64,000 bases of DNA from Octopus vulgaris (GCA_951406725.2 OX597825.1:1364001-1428000), one strand, 5' to 3'; shown: positions 12,567-24,976, counted from the first letter of the stretch. The notes: generated by a model not told the origin, from the letters alone. Translations and numbers: made by a program.

Positions 12567-13075
12567 AATATGAGGGGTTTAGTTCACTTGTGATCTAAAT
12601 GGGTAAGTGCTACAGTTGGTTGACCGATAGGTTCCAACATCATGACTAAGGCTCTCTCCCTCACACATCCACTCACAAAACCAATTCATGTCCATCATAC
12701 TTTCACATTTACAATACAAACGCATCATTCAGAACACTGCCGAAATACAGTCTGGATTTACTTGGGATTTTAACTAAACACCTGTACCTTCATGGAAATA
12801 CCAACCAACATCCAAATCCTCTGGAAAAAGATGAGTTGTGAACTTTATTCTCCTGCCTCTATTCCTCAAACTACTTTTACTCTTTATTCTTCTATTTTAT
12901 TCTTTATAAACTGGGAATTTTATTTCTTGTAATCTGTAAATATTTCCCCATCTAAAATATTCATACCTTGTCTCTGATGTCACAATACTCAGTGCACGGA
13001 CATGCCAACCTACCATTTGGGTTATCTCAGAAACGCTTGTAAGACTTCAATTAATTGCTCTAATTAAATTATTCT
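12565..13075 (+). mobile_element. Probable Penelope-like element 3' relic with a degenerate hammerhead
   Basis: Follows a (TA)n tract and ends with GTCT-CTGATGT...GAAAC-GCTT-GTA-AGAC (12970-13045), a hammerhead-shaped core. Confidence 0.4.
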
Positions 13076-13134
13076 AAATGACTTGAGATACTTGTTCTGT
13101 CATGGTTTTGAATTTTTCTCTAATTTTACAATGA

Positions 13135-13299
13135 GGCGCAGGAGTGGCTGCATGGTAGGTAGCTTGCTAACCAGCCACATGGTTCCGGGTTCAGTCCCAC
13201 TGCATGGCATCTTGGGCAAGTGTCTTCTGCTATAGCCCCGGGCCAACCAATGCCTTGTGAGTGGATTTGGTAGATGGAAACTGAAAGAAGCCTGTCGTA

Positions 13300-13352
<53 letters not shown>

Positions 13353-13564
13353 GTGTCTGTGTTTGTCCCCCTAGCATTGCTTGACAACCGATGCTGGTGT
13401 GTTTATGTCCCCGTCACTTAGTGGTTCGGCAAAAGAGACCGATAGAATAAGTACTGGGCTTACAAAGAATAAGTCCCGGGGTCGATTTGCTCGACTAAAG
13501 GCAGTGCTCCAGCATGCCCGCAGTCAAATGACTGAAACAAGTAAAAGAGTAAAGAGTAAAAGAG
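13135..13564 (+). mobile_element. tRNA-derived SINE, family A, best-preserved full-length copy
   Basis: GGCGCAGGAG-TGGCTGCATGG (A-box-like), GGTTCAGTCCC (B-box-like), CTTGGGCAAGTG CORE-like block, internal (TA)n, and 3' end in tandem GTAAA(A)GA repeats. Confidence 0.93.
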
Positions 13565-13844
13565 AGGAAAGCATAAATGAAAGAGATAGACAAATAGAGA
13601 GATCTTTTCTGTTGGTATCAGAGATTTTGAAATTTTATAAAACTTAATATATTGATGTACTTTTTCAAGCTGAATCCAGTTTTGTGACTCATTTATTCAA
13701 GAAAAAATTTAGAAAGATGTTCCAGAAGTTAACGCAGGTAGTTTATCCTGCCCCACTCCAATATTTAGTTCATACAATTGAAACAATGCATTATTTATGG
13801 GATGTCCCAATATATATATATAGACACACACACACACACACGGT

Positions 13845-14305
13845 AAGCCTCACAATGGAAGTGGTGTGTTATATTTATTCCTTCATTGCAATCATTGAAA
13901 CAATACATGGTTCAGTCAAATCCTAAATATAAATAACTATTCTATAACATTGGTTTTGGATTTTGGCCCAAGGCCAGTAAGTTTGGGTGTGTGTGAGTGG
14001 GGGGTAAATCAATTACTTTGAGCCTAGTGCTCATCTGGTACCTATTTTATCAACCCTGAAAGGATGAAAAGCAAAGTCAACCGTAACAACATTTGAACTC
14101 AGAACATAACATGGAAAGAAATACTGCAAAACATTCTGCCTTCTGTGCTCAGGGCTCTGCCAGCTGACTGCCTTCAATGATTATATGCTATTACGACACA
14201 TTACATGTGATCCCTGCTCATTTCATCAGGCAAAGGTCAAAAACAGTTTGCCAGCATTTGCAGGATTGCTGACTGAGATATCACTCAGGTTTCTGAAACC
14301 CCTTC

Positions 14306-14351
<46 letters not shown>

Positions 14352-16725
14352 GGAAGAAAGAGAAAGAGTAATACAGTTAATACATTTCCTTAATTCTCTG
14401 TCAGTACGTATGAATGTATATCCATGAATACGAACATTGCCTTCATTGCAGGCAAGTTTGACAACCACCAGAAATGATTGACTGGCAAAATATGCCATTA
14501 CAGTAATTCCAATCTAATCTTAAAGGAATCTTATCAGGAAGGCTAAGACTTTTCCAATATCTCATTTTCTTAAAAGTCAAATTTGAAGGTAAAGTTATAC
14601 TTTCCTAATATGAATATTTACTCAACAATTTTCTCTTTGATAGAATTTAACAAGTTTTTATTTTTAAAATGTAATAAACCAATATGTTTTAACCTTATTG
14701 TGTACATCCATACACACATAAAAGTGTTGTGATTTAACTAACAGACTAATCTTCATAATGCTTCTTGTTAGATTAAAAGATCAACTTTCTGTTCCCTTGT
14801 CTGATGAATTCATATACAGACTCTCATCCGTTGAGATTTTCAGAATGATGCTAACCTTAACCACAATCTTTCTTGATAGCCATGCACTTGGGTGGGAGCT
14901 TAATGTGAGTTCTGTTTGAGTCTTTGAATCCCTATTCTTTCTATGTTCATGGTTACACTTTACATACATACATATATTACATATATACACACATTATATA
15001 TATACATACATAACATCACCACCACCACCACCACCACCATCCGTTTTCCATGCAGTCAGGGGTTAGACAGTTTGACTAGAACTGATAAAGTGGGGAGCTG
15101 CAATTGGTTTCAGCCTGTTTTGGCTTGGCTTCTACAGCTGGATGCCCTTCCTAATGCTAACCATTCCACAGAGTGTGCCAGGTGCCTTTAATGTGCCACT
15201 GGCACAGGTGCCTTTTATGTGTTGCAGGTACTGACCACGATCACAATTTCATCAAGCTTGAAATATGCACACACACACACACACACTACATGCACACACA
15301 CACACACACACAAGCCTCACAATGGAAGTGGTGTGTTATATTTATTCCTTCATTGCAATCATTGAAACAATACATGGTTCAGTCAAATCCTAAATATAAA
15401 TAACTATTCTATAACATTGGTTTCGGAATTTGGCACAAGGCCAGTAAGTTTGGGTGTGTGTGAGTGGGGGGGTAAATCAATTACTTTGAGCCTAGTGCTC
15501 ATCTGGTACCTATTTTATCAACCCTGAAAGGATGAAAAGCAAAGTCAACTGTAACAACATTTGAACTCAGAACATAACATGGAAAGAAATGCTGCAAAGC
15601 ATTCTGCCTTCTGTGCTCAGGGCTCTGCCAGCTGACTGCCTTCAATGATTATATGCTATTACGACACATTACATGTGATCCCTGCTCATTTCATCAGGCA
15701 AAGGTCAAAAACAGTTTGCCAGCATTTGCAGGATTGCTGACTGAGATATCACTCAGGTTTCTGAAACCCCTTCAATATTATATATATATATAAATAGGGG
15801 AAGAAAGAGAAAGAGTAATACAGTTAATACATTTCCCTAATTCTCTGTCAGTACGTATGAATGTATATCCATGAATACAAACATTGCCTTCATTGCAGGC
15901 AAGTTTGACAACCACCAGAAATGATTGACTGGCAAAATATGCCATTACAGTAATTCCAATCTAATCTTAAAGGAATCTTATCAGGAAGGCTAAGACTTTT
16001 CCAATATCTCATTTTCTTAAAAGTCAAATTTGAAGGTAAAGTTATACTTTCCTAATATGAATATTTACTCAACAATTTTCTCTTTGATAGAATTTAATAA
16101 GTTTTTATTTTTAAAATGTAATAAACCAATATGTTTTAACTTTATTGTGTACATCCATACACACATAAAAGTGTTGTGATTTAACTAACAGGCTAATCTT
16201 CATAATGCTTCTTGTTAGATTAAAACATCAACTTTCTGTTCCCTTGTCTGATGAATTCATATACAGACTCTCATCCATTGAGATTTTCAGAATGATGCTA
16301 ACCTTAACCACAATCTTTCTTGATAGCCATGCACTTGGGTGGGAGCTTAATGTGAGTTCTGTTTGAGTCTTTGAATCCCTATTCTTTCTATGTTCATGGT
16401 TACACTTTACATACATACATATATTACATATATACACACATTATATACATACATACATACATACATACATAACATCACCACCACCACCACCACCACCATC
16501 CGTTTTCCATGCAGTCAGGGGTTAGACAGTTTGACTAGAGCTGATAAAGTGGGGAGCTGCAATTGGTTTCAGCCTGTTTTGGCTTGGCTTCTACAGCTGG
16601 ATGCCCTTCCTAATGCCAACCATTCCACAGAGTGTGCCAGGTGCCTTTAATGTGCCACTGGCACAGGTGCCTTTTATGTGTTGCAGGTACTGACCACGAT
16701 CACAATTTCATCAAGCTTGAAATAT

Positions 16726-16730
<5 letters not shown>
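13845..16730. repeat. Tandem duplication, 2 x ~1.45 kb (13845-15270 and 15312-16730)
   Basis: AAGCCTCACAATGGAAGTGG starts at 13845 and 15312. Both copies end at CAAGCTTGAAATATGCAC and give near-identical ORFs (14781-14990 vs 16228-16437). Differences are scattered substitutions and microsatellite lengths. Confidence 0.97.
13950..14170 (-). mobile_element. SINE family B copy (duplicated at ~15415-15640)
   Basis: Reverse complement of TCTGAGTTCAAAT...GACTTTGCTTTTCATCCTTTCAGGGTTGATAAAATAGGTACCAG. Confidence 0.8.
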
Positions 16731-16757
<27 letters not shown>

Positions 16758-16922
16758 TTTCATATTAATGTATATTTTTATATTAAGTTGTAAGAAAAAC
16801 AATTTAACATTAAACTGATGCGAATTAATACTTTTTAGTAGAAAACATATTTATTAAACTTTTATAGAAATGGGAGGACAGTAACTTCAAAATTTCAGCC
16901 TGCTAGCCCTTTGCTGGACTAT

Positions 16923-16959
<37 letters not shown>

Positions 16960-17674
16960 AATATAAAGAGCAAGAAAGAAAGAGAGATAGATGAGGTTTG
17001 GTGTTGTCAAAATTTGCATTCCGCTATAATATGATTATTCATTTCACTGAGAACAGAATCCCTTCAAGAATGATGTTGATTGCTTTAAAATGTTATTGTC
17101 TTTCCTGTGTATCTAGCAACAGTAAATAGTGCTAAAACACATCTAAAATTTGCAATTAAATTCTAATTGTCCTGACTGGAATTAACTGCAGCTAGAATGA
17201 TGTTAAATCAGCCATAAGTAAAATATTATTCAATATTTCAGACTTCACTTCATTCGACTATGTGATGTGGCTGAATTTGCTTTAGGACATAGAAATCTAG
17301 TTAACCTATGTGTGAGCAATTACATTTCCATTTAAAATTAAATAATGTTAGTTTCAAAAATAACTCAAATAAAAAAATAACTGTGTACATATCTAAATAG
17401 ATTAACATAGGTGTAATATTATTTGTTACAAGACATTAAGTCTTAATCTTGTATTCAATGGGCAGCATTTCTGAAATATCTTTGCTTATATATATATATA
17501 TATATATATATTTATCAAGTTCTTCTTAAATTATGCAATAATCAATTTTGTGTTACTTTTATAGTTTAAAAATCACCAATAATAAAATTTTGAGAAACTG
17601 TTGCATTAATTATTTAATATAAGAATATTTTTTTCAAAATTTTGCAATAGAATTTAAAATTCATACCTTCTTAC

Positions 17675-17760
17675 CTTTGTTTGTTCATAATAGTAAAATT
17701 GATTCATTTACCAAACACAAGAATGCTGGTACTTACCTGCAAAAGAAAAATAAATTAGTA
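17675..17760 (-). promoter_or_regulatory. Candidate recursive splice site (ratchet point) with 62-nt RS-exon
   Basis: Minus strand reads TACTAAT-TTATTTTTCTTTTG-CAG|GTAAGT (junction 17737/17736), with a second donor AAG|GTAAGA at 17675/17674. Confidence 0.55.
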
Positions 17761-18509
17761 AATAAAAATGAAATTATAATAAAATTATTGTTAATATCAA
17801 TTGAATTATTCATTTAATTTTATTGTTGAAAAGAATAAACATAAGTAAAAATAGAACAAAAATCTACGTGATGATCACATTATATAAGCTCAATAAATTA
17901 TAGAAAATTATTTAACTTTTACATTTTTTAACCGCGCAATCATACAAAATGTTAGTAACTTATAATTTGTTGAACATCACTTGCATCGCAAAGAAAGCTA
18001 CCAGGGAGCTTTAGTTGGGCAAGCCCATGTGTAGCTTGTTACTGTTGGGATGAAAACAAAAACTTGATCAACACTGATAGGAACATCCATGTGAAGGGGT
18101 TGGAAGACATTAACCTTCCCCAAACATTAAACTTTATTAACCCGAATAAATTCATTGAGGATTCACTCAAGAAATATCTCTTGAAAATCTATATTTTGAT
18201 AGCAGGAAGAAAGGGAGCTTTTATGTAGTTGCTCACTCTGCCAGAAACAACAGCCAAATCTATTTCCATCAGTTGATATCATACATTCTTACAACAAAGG
18301 AAGAGACATTGGGTAATGTGGTCCTTTGTTTCACAAAGCTGTCTACATTGTGGCAAAAACGCTTTTGAGAATAGATTTGTACCAATGTAATCAACCTAGG
18401 AGTAAACAATTTAATAAAAATAAAAAGGGCCGCATTGACTTAAATATTAGCAACTCTGAATCATGTTCTGCAATCATACTTCCCAATTTGATGAGCTTTA
18501 CATGAGAAA

Positions 18510-18554
<45 letters not shown>

Positions 18555-18690
18555 TCATCATCATCATCATCATTTAATATCCGCTTTCCATGCTAGTATG
18601 GGTTGGACGATTTGACTGAGGGCTGGCGAACCAGATGGCTGCACCAGGCTCCAATCTTGATCTGGCAGAGTTTCTACAGCTGGATGCCCT

Positions 18691-19155
18691 TATTTGAAAA
18701 AGGACAAGAATGACTTCACTGGTTGTTCTAATCAATCTAATTTTCTAATAATTGGTTTTTAGATCTGTTAAGTTCTTTGTTAACATTGATGGGGAAATTT
18801 TTTAAAAACTCCTTGTTAACTTTTCTGGAGAACTTTCTCACATTCGTCAGTGGCACTTATCAAACTGATCTCAGGTTGTGTTGTGCTGTGTGATTCTATA
18901 TATAAAGGAATTGGGTGTGTCTGGGGTGAGATTGGGGTTTGTTAGCACAACACAACCTGAGATCAGTTTGACAGGTGCCACCGACGAATGTGAGAAAGCT
19001 CTCCAGAAAAGTTAACAAGGGGTCTTTAAAAAATCTCCCCACCAAAGTTAACAAAGAACTTAACAGATCTAAAAACCAAACTGTGAAATCATATTATTAA
19101 GAAATTAGATTGATCAGAACTAGCAGTGAAGTCATTCTTGTCCTTTTTCCAAATA
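18691..19155. repeat. Long inverted repeat (fold-back), arms ~200 bp, spacer ~56 bp
   Basis: 18691-18887 is the reverse complement of 18944-19155, apart from scattered substitutions and one indel. Confidence 0.95.
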
Positions 19156-21274
19156 TACCAAACTGCAGCTAAGATTTCACACATCTTCCAATATATACAT
19201 ATATCCATGATGATGATGATGATGATACATACATATAAATATATATATATATTCTAATATGGATACATGTATAAATATTGGTACATATTCTGATATGGAT
19301 GCAAGCACAAATATGATGATAGAGAGTTCCTTTTGTTACCACTTGGTCTTGAGTTCTATTGGACTGTGTGAAAACCTGAGGTAAGTGTCTTCTGTTCTAG
19401 TCTCAGACTGACCAATTCCTTGTCAGTGAAACTGATAAAAGGAAACAGTATGGAAACCTGTTATGCATGTGTTTATATCACACACATACCTATGTATAAT
19501 GACATATGCTTGTGTGTGTGTGTGTGAGTGTGTGTGTGTGTGTGTTTCCATTTCTTGCCTTGCATAACAGCATTGAGGTAACCATTAGTGATGCTCCCTG
19601 TCAACAAAATCTGCCTCTGTTTCCATGCTTTCAAAGAGGCGTGGAATAAAAAAAGAAAATTCCTTATTTGAAAAACAACCAGAAGAGGAGGAAACGAGTT
19701 GTGAAAGAATGCCTCATCAATATTCGTTCATCCAACCCACATCATGGTGGCATGGAAAAAAACATGTTCAATCAATGAAAGAATTGATTAACTCTCCATA
19801 AGCTATTTACATTTAATCCTACATTTCTTCTGACACATTACTATTTGTCAATCGCTCCATTCTTTTGCCTTTTCTCGCGACCAACTAAAGCCTCATAGCA
19901 AACAGAAGCTTTATCAATACTGCACGTTAGGTAGAAGCATAGTAAATATCAGTGATTTGTATATTTTGTAACAGATTCACACACACACACACACACACAC
20001 ATGTGTTTTCACTTCTTTATTTCTGACTTGCATTTCAATGGCTTTCTCAATCCTTTTAACCATTTCACAACACTTAATGATGATGGATCCATTATCAGTT
20101 TTAATGATGAACATTTAGTTGTTCAGTCAATTACACTACTTATTAAAATAATGTATAAGCTTTTCAAGACGTGGAGTTTTCCTTATGTAAATGTTGGATC
20201 AAAAAGATTTTTGTTTGAAAACTAAAAATAAAAAGGAACAAACATATCCATGAATATATTTTTTCCCAAATAAAATCTCTTTGAACTGAAATTTACAGAT
20301 GGAACCGCCTCCTCTTCTCTTCTCTCTCACCAAATCTTTTCTTCCTCCTCATACTTTTAGTTCTCCTCCTATCCGTCTTTGATAATTTTACACTCATTCG
20401 ATAAGACTGGAGATCAAAACATTCCAATATCAATATCACTTTTAACAGTTTCCTAAACTATTAGAATATGTAAAGTTTATACATATCTCATATTTTCAAA
20501 AGGAAATGTTTTTTTCAAAAAATACATCACTTAATATGTCCATTCACGTATGTGGCAGAAGATTTAAAAGTATCGCAGCAGAGTTTTTATGTCAACACAT
20601 ATCGTTATTGTTAATACATTTTATGTATTTATTTTAGAAAATTAATGACATTTCATTTCTAATATTCTTATTAGTCTCTAAAACTAAAAACATCTTCCCT
20701 CCGTTAATATTTCTTTAAACTCAAGAAAAAGTATTTTTTTATTCTTTTGCTGTTTTCTTTCTGCTTTCCTTCTTCTCATTCACTGCTCCACACAAGTCGC
20801 TTTCTTTCTCTCTTCTCTCTTACAACCTTTCTATGTCTCTATGCTTATAATCCGTTTGAACTGAAGTTTATGGAATGAAAGCTCTACATCATAAAACTCG
20901 TCTCTCCTCATCCGCCTTTCTCTACCCCTCCATTCCCTTTAAATCTCCAGCTTCCTTGTTTTTAGCTGTCTTAGATACTTCACAAAACAAAAAACTTTAC
21001 ATACGTTACATTCATAATTATATATTCACTCACATGAGCTTATCTTACATTTTCCTAAGAGTGTTAGATTGAAACATTGACCAGTTTATCCCTCTCTCTC
21101 TCTTGCTATGTGTGTGTGTGTATATATATATATATAAATGTCACAATATATGGATTTGAGTAATACTCCTTAATGTGTCATTGTAGAAACCATATAGAAT
21201 ATATAGTAATATACAAGGAAAAAGGATAAGGAGTGTATCAAGTCATGCATGACTATACATATATATATAGTGTG

Positions 21275-21450
21275 CACCTGCATGGCTGTGTTGTTAAGAA
21301 ACCTGCTGTTCAATCATACACAGTTTCAATTTCAGTCCCACTCCATGGCATCTGGGACAAGCATGTGTGCCATTCTATCCCTGGGTTGATGGGCTGACAA
21401 AAGCCTTACGAATAAATTTAGCGCACAGTAAGTGGAAAAGAGGCCCATTA
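21275..21450 (+). mobile_element. SINE family A head fragment
   Basis: CATGGCTGTGTTGTTAAGAA...TTCAGTCCCACT...AAAGCCTT. Confidence 0.75.
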
Positions 21451-21484
21451 TATGCAAACACACATGCATGTATACATCTATACA

Positions 21485-21526
<42 letters not shown>

Positions 21527-21529
21527 ATA

Positions 21530-22300
21530 ATAAATATTAGGGAATAAATCCAAATTTACAGGGAAAAAAATCAGATTTAGGATTAAATCCAATTTTATAG
21601 TAAAATATTATAAAATATTATTAGAGACAAAACCACTATTTTGCAAAACAAACAAGGAAAGACTTAATCAATACATAAAATTTTAATAAATAGTCAAAAA
21701 AACCGCCACTACAATCGTTTCTTGTCTTGATCGACAATCTTCAGGTGGACTTCAATCTAAAATATCAATATTTTAAAATATACAAATAATAATTTTAAAA
21801 TAATTAAAGTATGAATGAAAAAATATAAATATATAATCCATATATAACCTATATATAATCCATATATAATCAATATATAAACAATATATAAACTAAAATA
21901 AACCTATCAACAATTAAATATAAAATATAAAATATAAAACAAAACAAAAAAAATAATAATAATATAATAATAAACTATATATACACCCATACACATATAC
22001 CTAATTATATATAACCATATCTAACTACATACACTAAATCACACACCTATATATATATCCCTATACATACACATAAAAACGTCTAGGCAACTAAAAATAA
22101 ATAAAATAGCTAAATACTTCAACACAATACTTATTCATACTCCCACACACACACACATACAACCCACATTCACGCTCTAGAAAACGGACATCACTCAAAA
22201 TTATGAACGGAGAAATGGAATAAATGGAATTAAAAATTATATTCACTTGGTAAAACGAACACTACTTAAAAATTATAATATATAAAAATTATGAATGAAA
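21530..22300 (-). mobile_element. Penelope-like element terminal-repeat relic inserted at a (TA)n tract
   Basis: Carries a minimal hammerhead (21706-21748). Its end (21532-21600) is homologous, on the opposite strand, to 36260-36330, which also abuts (TA)n. Confidence 0.55.
21706..21748 (-). ncRNA. Minimal type I hammerhead ribozyme (Penelope-associated type)
   Basis: Minus strand: CCAC-CTGAAGA-TTGTC-GATCAA-GACAA-GAAAC-GATT-GTA-GTGG. This gives stem I CCAC/GTGG, the CUGANGA box, a 5-bp stem II, GAAA, a near-palindromic short stem III and a GUA cleavage triplet. Confidence 0.7.
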
Positions 22301-22307
22301 CAATGCA

Positions 22308-22430
22308 ATATATATGTGTGTATATATATATTTAAGTATATATATCTATATATGTATGTGTGTATATATATATATATATTTATGTATATATATCTATATG
22401 TATGTATATATATGTGTGTGTATAAATATA

Positions 22431-22477
<47 letters not shown>

Positions 22478-22573
22478 GTGTGTGTGTGTATATATATATA
22501 TATAGATAGATAGATATATAGATAGATATATATATAGATGTATATATTAATATATAGATATATATATATATGA

Positions 22574-22609
<36 letters not shown>

Positions 22610-22687
22610 TCATATATATATATCTATATATTAATATATACATCTATATATATATCTATCTATTTATCTATCTATATATATATATAT

Positions 22688-22746
<59 letters not shown>

Positions 22747-22957
22747 TATATTTATACACACACATATATATATACATACATATAGATATATATACATAAA
22801 TATATATATATATATATACACACATACATATATAGATATATATACTTAAATATATATATACACACATATATATATAGATATATACATATATATATATATA
22901 CATAAATATATATATATACACACACACACACACATTCATATATATATATATATATAC
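22308..22957. repeat. Compound (TA)/(TG) microsatellite forming a ~560-bp palindrome
   Basis: Unique interruptions (TTTAAGTATA, GTATAAATAT, ATTAAT, GAATG) reappear as reverse complements in mirror order around ~22590. Confidence 0.9.
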
Positions 22958-23057
22958 TAGCATTAAAGATCCGTCGTTGCCGGGTCATAGTGCTAGTGCA
23001 TGTATGTATGTGTATATATATGTGTACATATTACATGTACATCTATATATATATAGG

Positions 23058-23475
23058 ATTATTAAATCTCAGAATGAGATGTAAACAGTAATCACTCGAT
23101 AATGTAAAGTATAGAAGCCATCTTAATATGGCTAACCGCATAGGGGAGGGGGTGTTACTGTAGCTCTATAGCCCCAGGAGATCGTCGTCTCCAGCTGGCT
23201 TTAGACACCATTTCAGTGCCCTTGAAGTATTTGCAAAGGAAGACCATCCCTTTCTCGCAAGCCTGAGTGATACACTCGGACTAGTTTTGGGATTATTGTC
23301 CCTTATCAACGGGCGGTAACCACCAGGTCGCGATGAAAGACAAGGCTGCTTTGCAAATATATAAGAGTTTTTCTAGTGACGTCTGCCACTGATTTCGAAA
23401 AACTGACTGTAAGCATTATTATACTTTACATTATTGAGCGATTACTGTTTACATCTCATTCTGAGATTTAATAAT
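23058..23475. mobile_element. Element bounded by 56-bp inverted repeats (MITE-like or inverted PLE terminus)
   Basis: 23058-23113 and 23420-23475 are reverse complements with 2 mismatches; the interior is GC-richer. Confidence 0.8.
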
Positions 23476-24029
23476 TAGCAGTGTTAACAGAAAGAAAGTC
23501 AAAGAAACTGAAAACGTGTTTGTACTGAAAAAGAAAAAAAAAAACTCAAAACCCTTAATACTCAATATTTGCAATAAGTTATTTTGAGATAATAAGATAA
23601 GATTTTCCTATCAAGAATACAATAATTCAACACAATAATTGAAAAGGAAATGCTATTATGATGATAAATTCCCTGATTCCAGTTCTTGGACCCATTACTG
23701 AACCTGTATATAACATGCCCACTGAACTTGCTAGGAATCCTATCTCCCTAAAATCATACCCTTCAGTCTTAAAGGAAGAACACAGAATATATAATTCTAA
23801 GTAGTTCTTCTAAAAAAGGATGTTTGTGGTTGGTTTGCTCAATAACAGATGATCTGGGGGATAATACCAACGTGGAATATTTAAAGGAAAACATAATCCA
23901 AACAAAAGATATATAAAGTACAAATACAACCAGGAAGCCGCAATGCAGTTGCTTGACCTGCAAGAAATAGCAGTTGTAGTTTCCTTGAATGTCATCCTTG
24001 AAGCATAGATATCATCCACTATATTTTTG

Positions 24030-24245
24030 GTTTATTCTTTTACTTGTTTTAGTCACTGGACTGTAGCCATGTTGGAGTGTTGCCTTGAAGGGTTTAAGTG
24101 AACAAAGTGACCCTAGTAGTTTTTAAAAAGTTTTTTAAAGGTATAAATTGTATTGGTTTCTTTTGCTGAACTACTAAGTTATAGGAGCATAATCAAACCA
24201 ACAAGGTTTCACAAGTGATGGTGAGGAGGAACAAACACAGAAAAT

Positions 24246-24288
<43 letters not shown>

Positions 24289-24455
24289 TGCACATAAATG
24301 ATGAGCTTCCACAGTTTCCATAAACTGAATTCACTCACAAGACATTGGTCAATTTGGGCCAACAGTAGAAGACACTTACCGAAGGTGTCACACAGTGGGA
24401 TTGAACCCAAAACCAAGTGACTGCAAAATTCAGCTCCTTAACCACACAGCCACAC
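24030..24455 (-). mobile_element. SINE family A, full length, degenerate
   Basis: TCTTTTACTTGTTT tail, (CA)n, AGTAGAAGACACTT and AACCACACAGCCA head. Confidence 0.85.
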
Positions 24456-24749
24456 AAAAATGAAATACGATAATCATGGTTGGTATGTCTTTCATCAGAT
24501 GTGTTTTTGATTATATCTCACCTGGGGCTAGTTAAATATTCCACAATTTCTGCCAGCGAGCTACTATTGTTACAACAAAGGCTACAAGATTCCAACAGAC
24601 CTCTTACTAATACACGGCATTTTCTGATAATGAGAGTGACAAGAGCTTGATGCAAAAAACTTCTTTTCTAACCCATGTTGATATGCCATGCAACAAATGA
24701 AACACACACACACACACACTTCACACACCCACACACACCCACACACACG

Positions 24750-24920
24750 TGATGGATTTCCATGCAGTTTCCATTTACCAAATTCCGTTCACAATGTATT
24801 GATCAACTCAAAGGCTGTAGAAGAAAATACTTGCCTAAAATGTTTATTGCGCAGTGGGATCACATCCAGAACTGCAAAAGCTACAAAGTGAACTCTCCTT
24901 TATCCCACAGCCATGCCTGC
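24750..24920 (-). mobile_element. SINE family A head fragment
   Basis: CAGTTTCCATTTACCAAATTC...CACAGCCATGCCTGC. Confidence 0.75.
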
Positions 24921-24945
24921 ACCCCTACTTGTTGGTTAAAAGTTT

Positions 24946-24976
<31 letters not shown>

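Noticed and set aside
13135-13205. tRNA gene
   Set aside because: The A/B-box-like head continues into a SINE body repeated many times in the window, and there is no complete cloverleaf.
23120-23200. Twister ribozyme in the inverted-repeat element
   Set aside because: GAGGG and AGCCC words are present, but the conserved order and pseudoknot pairings could not be built.
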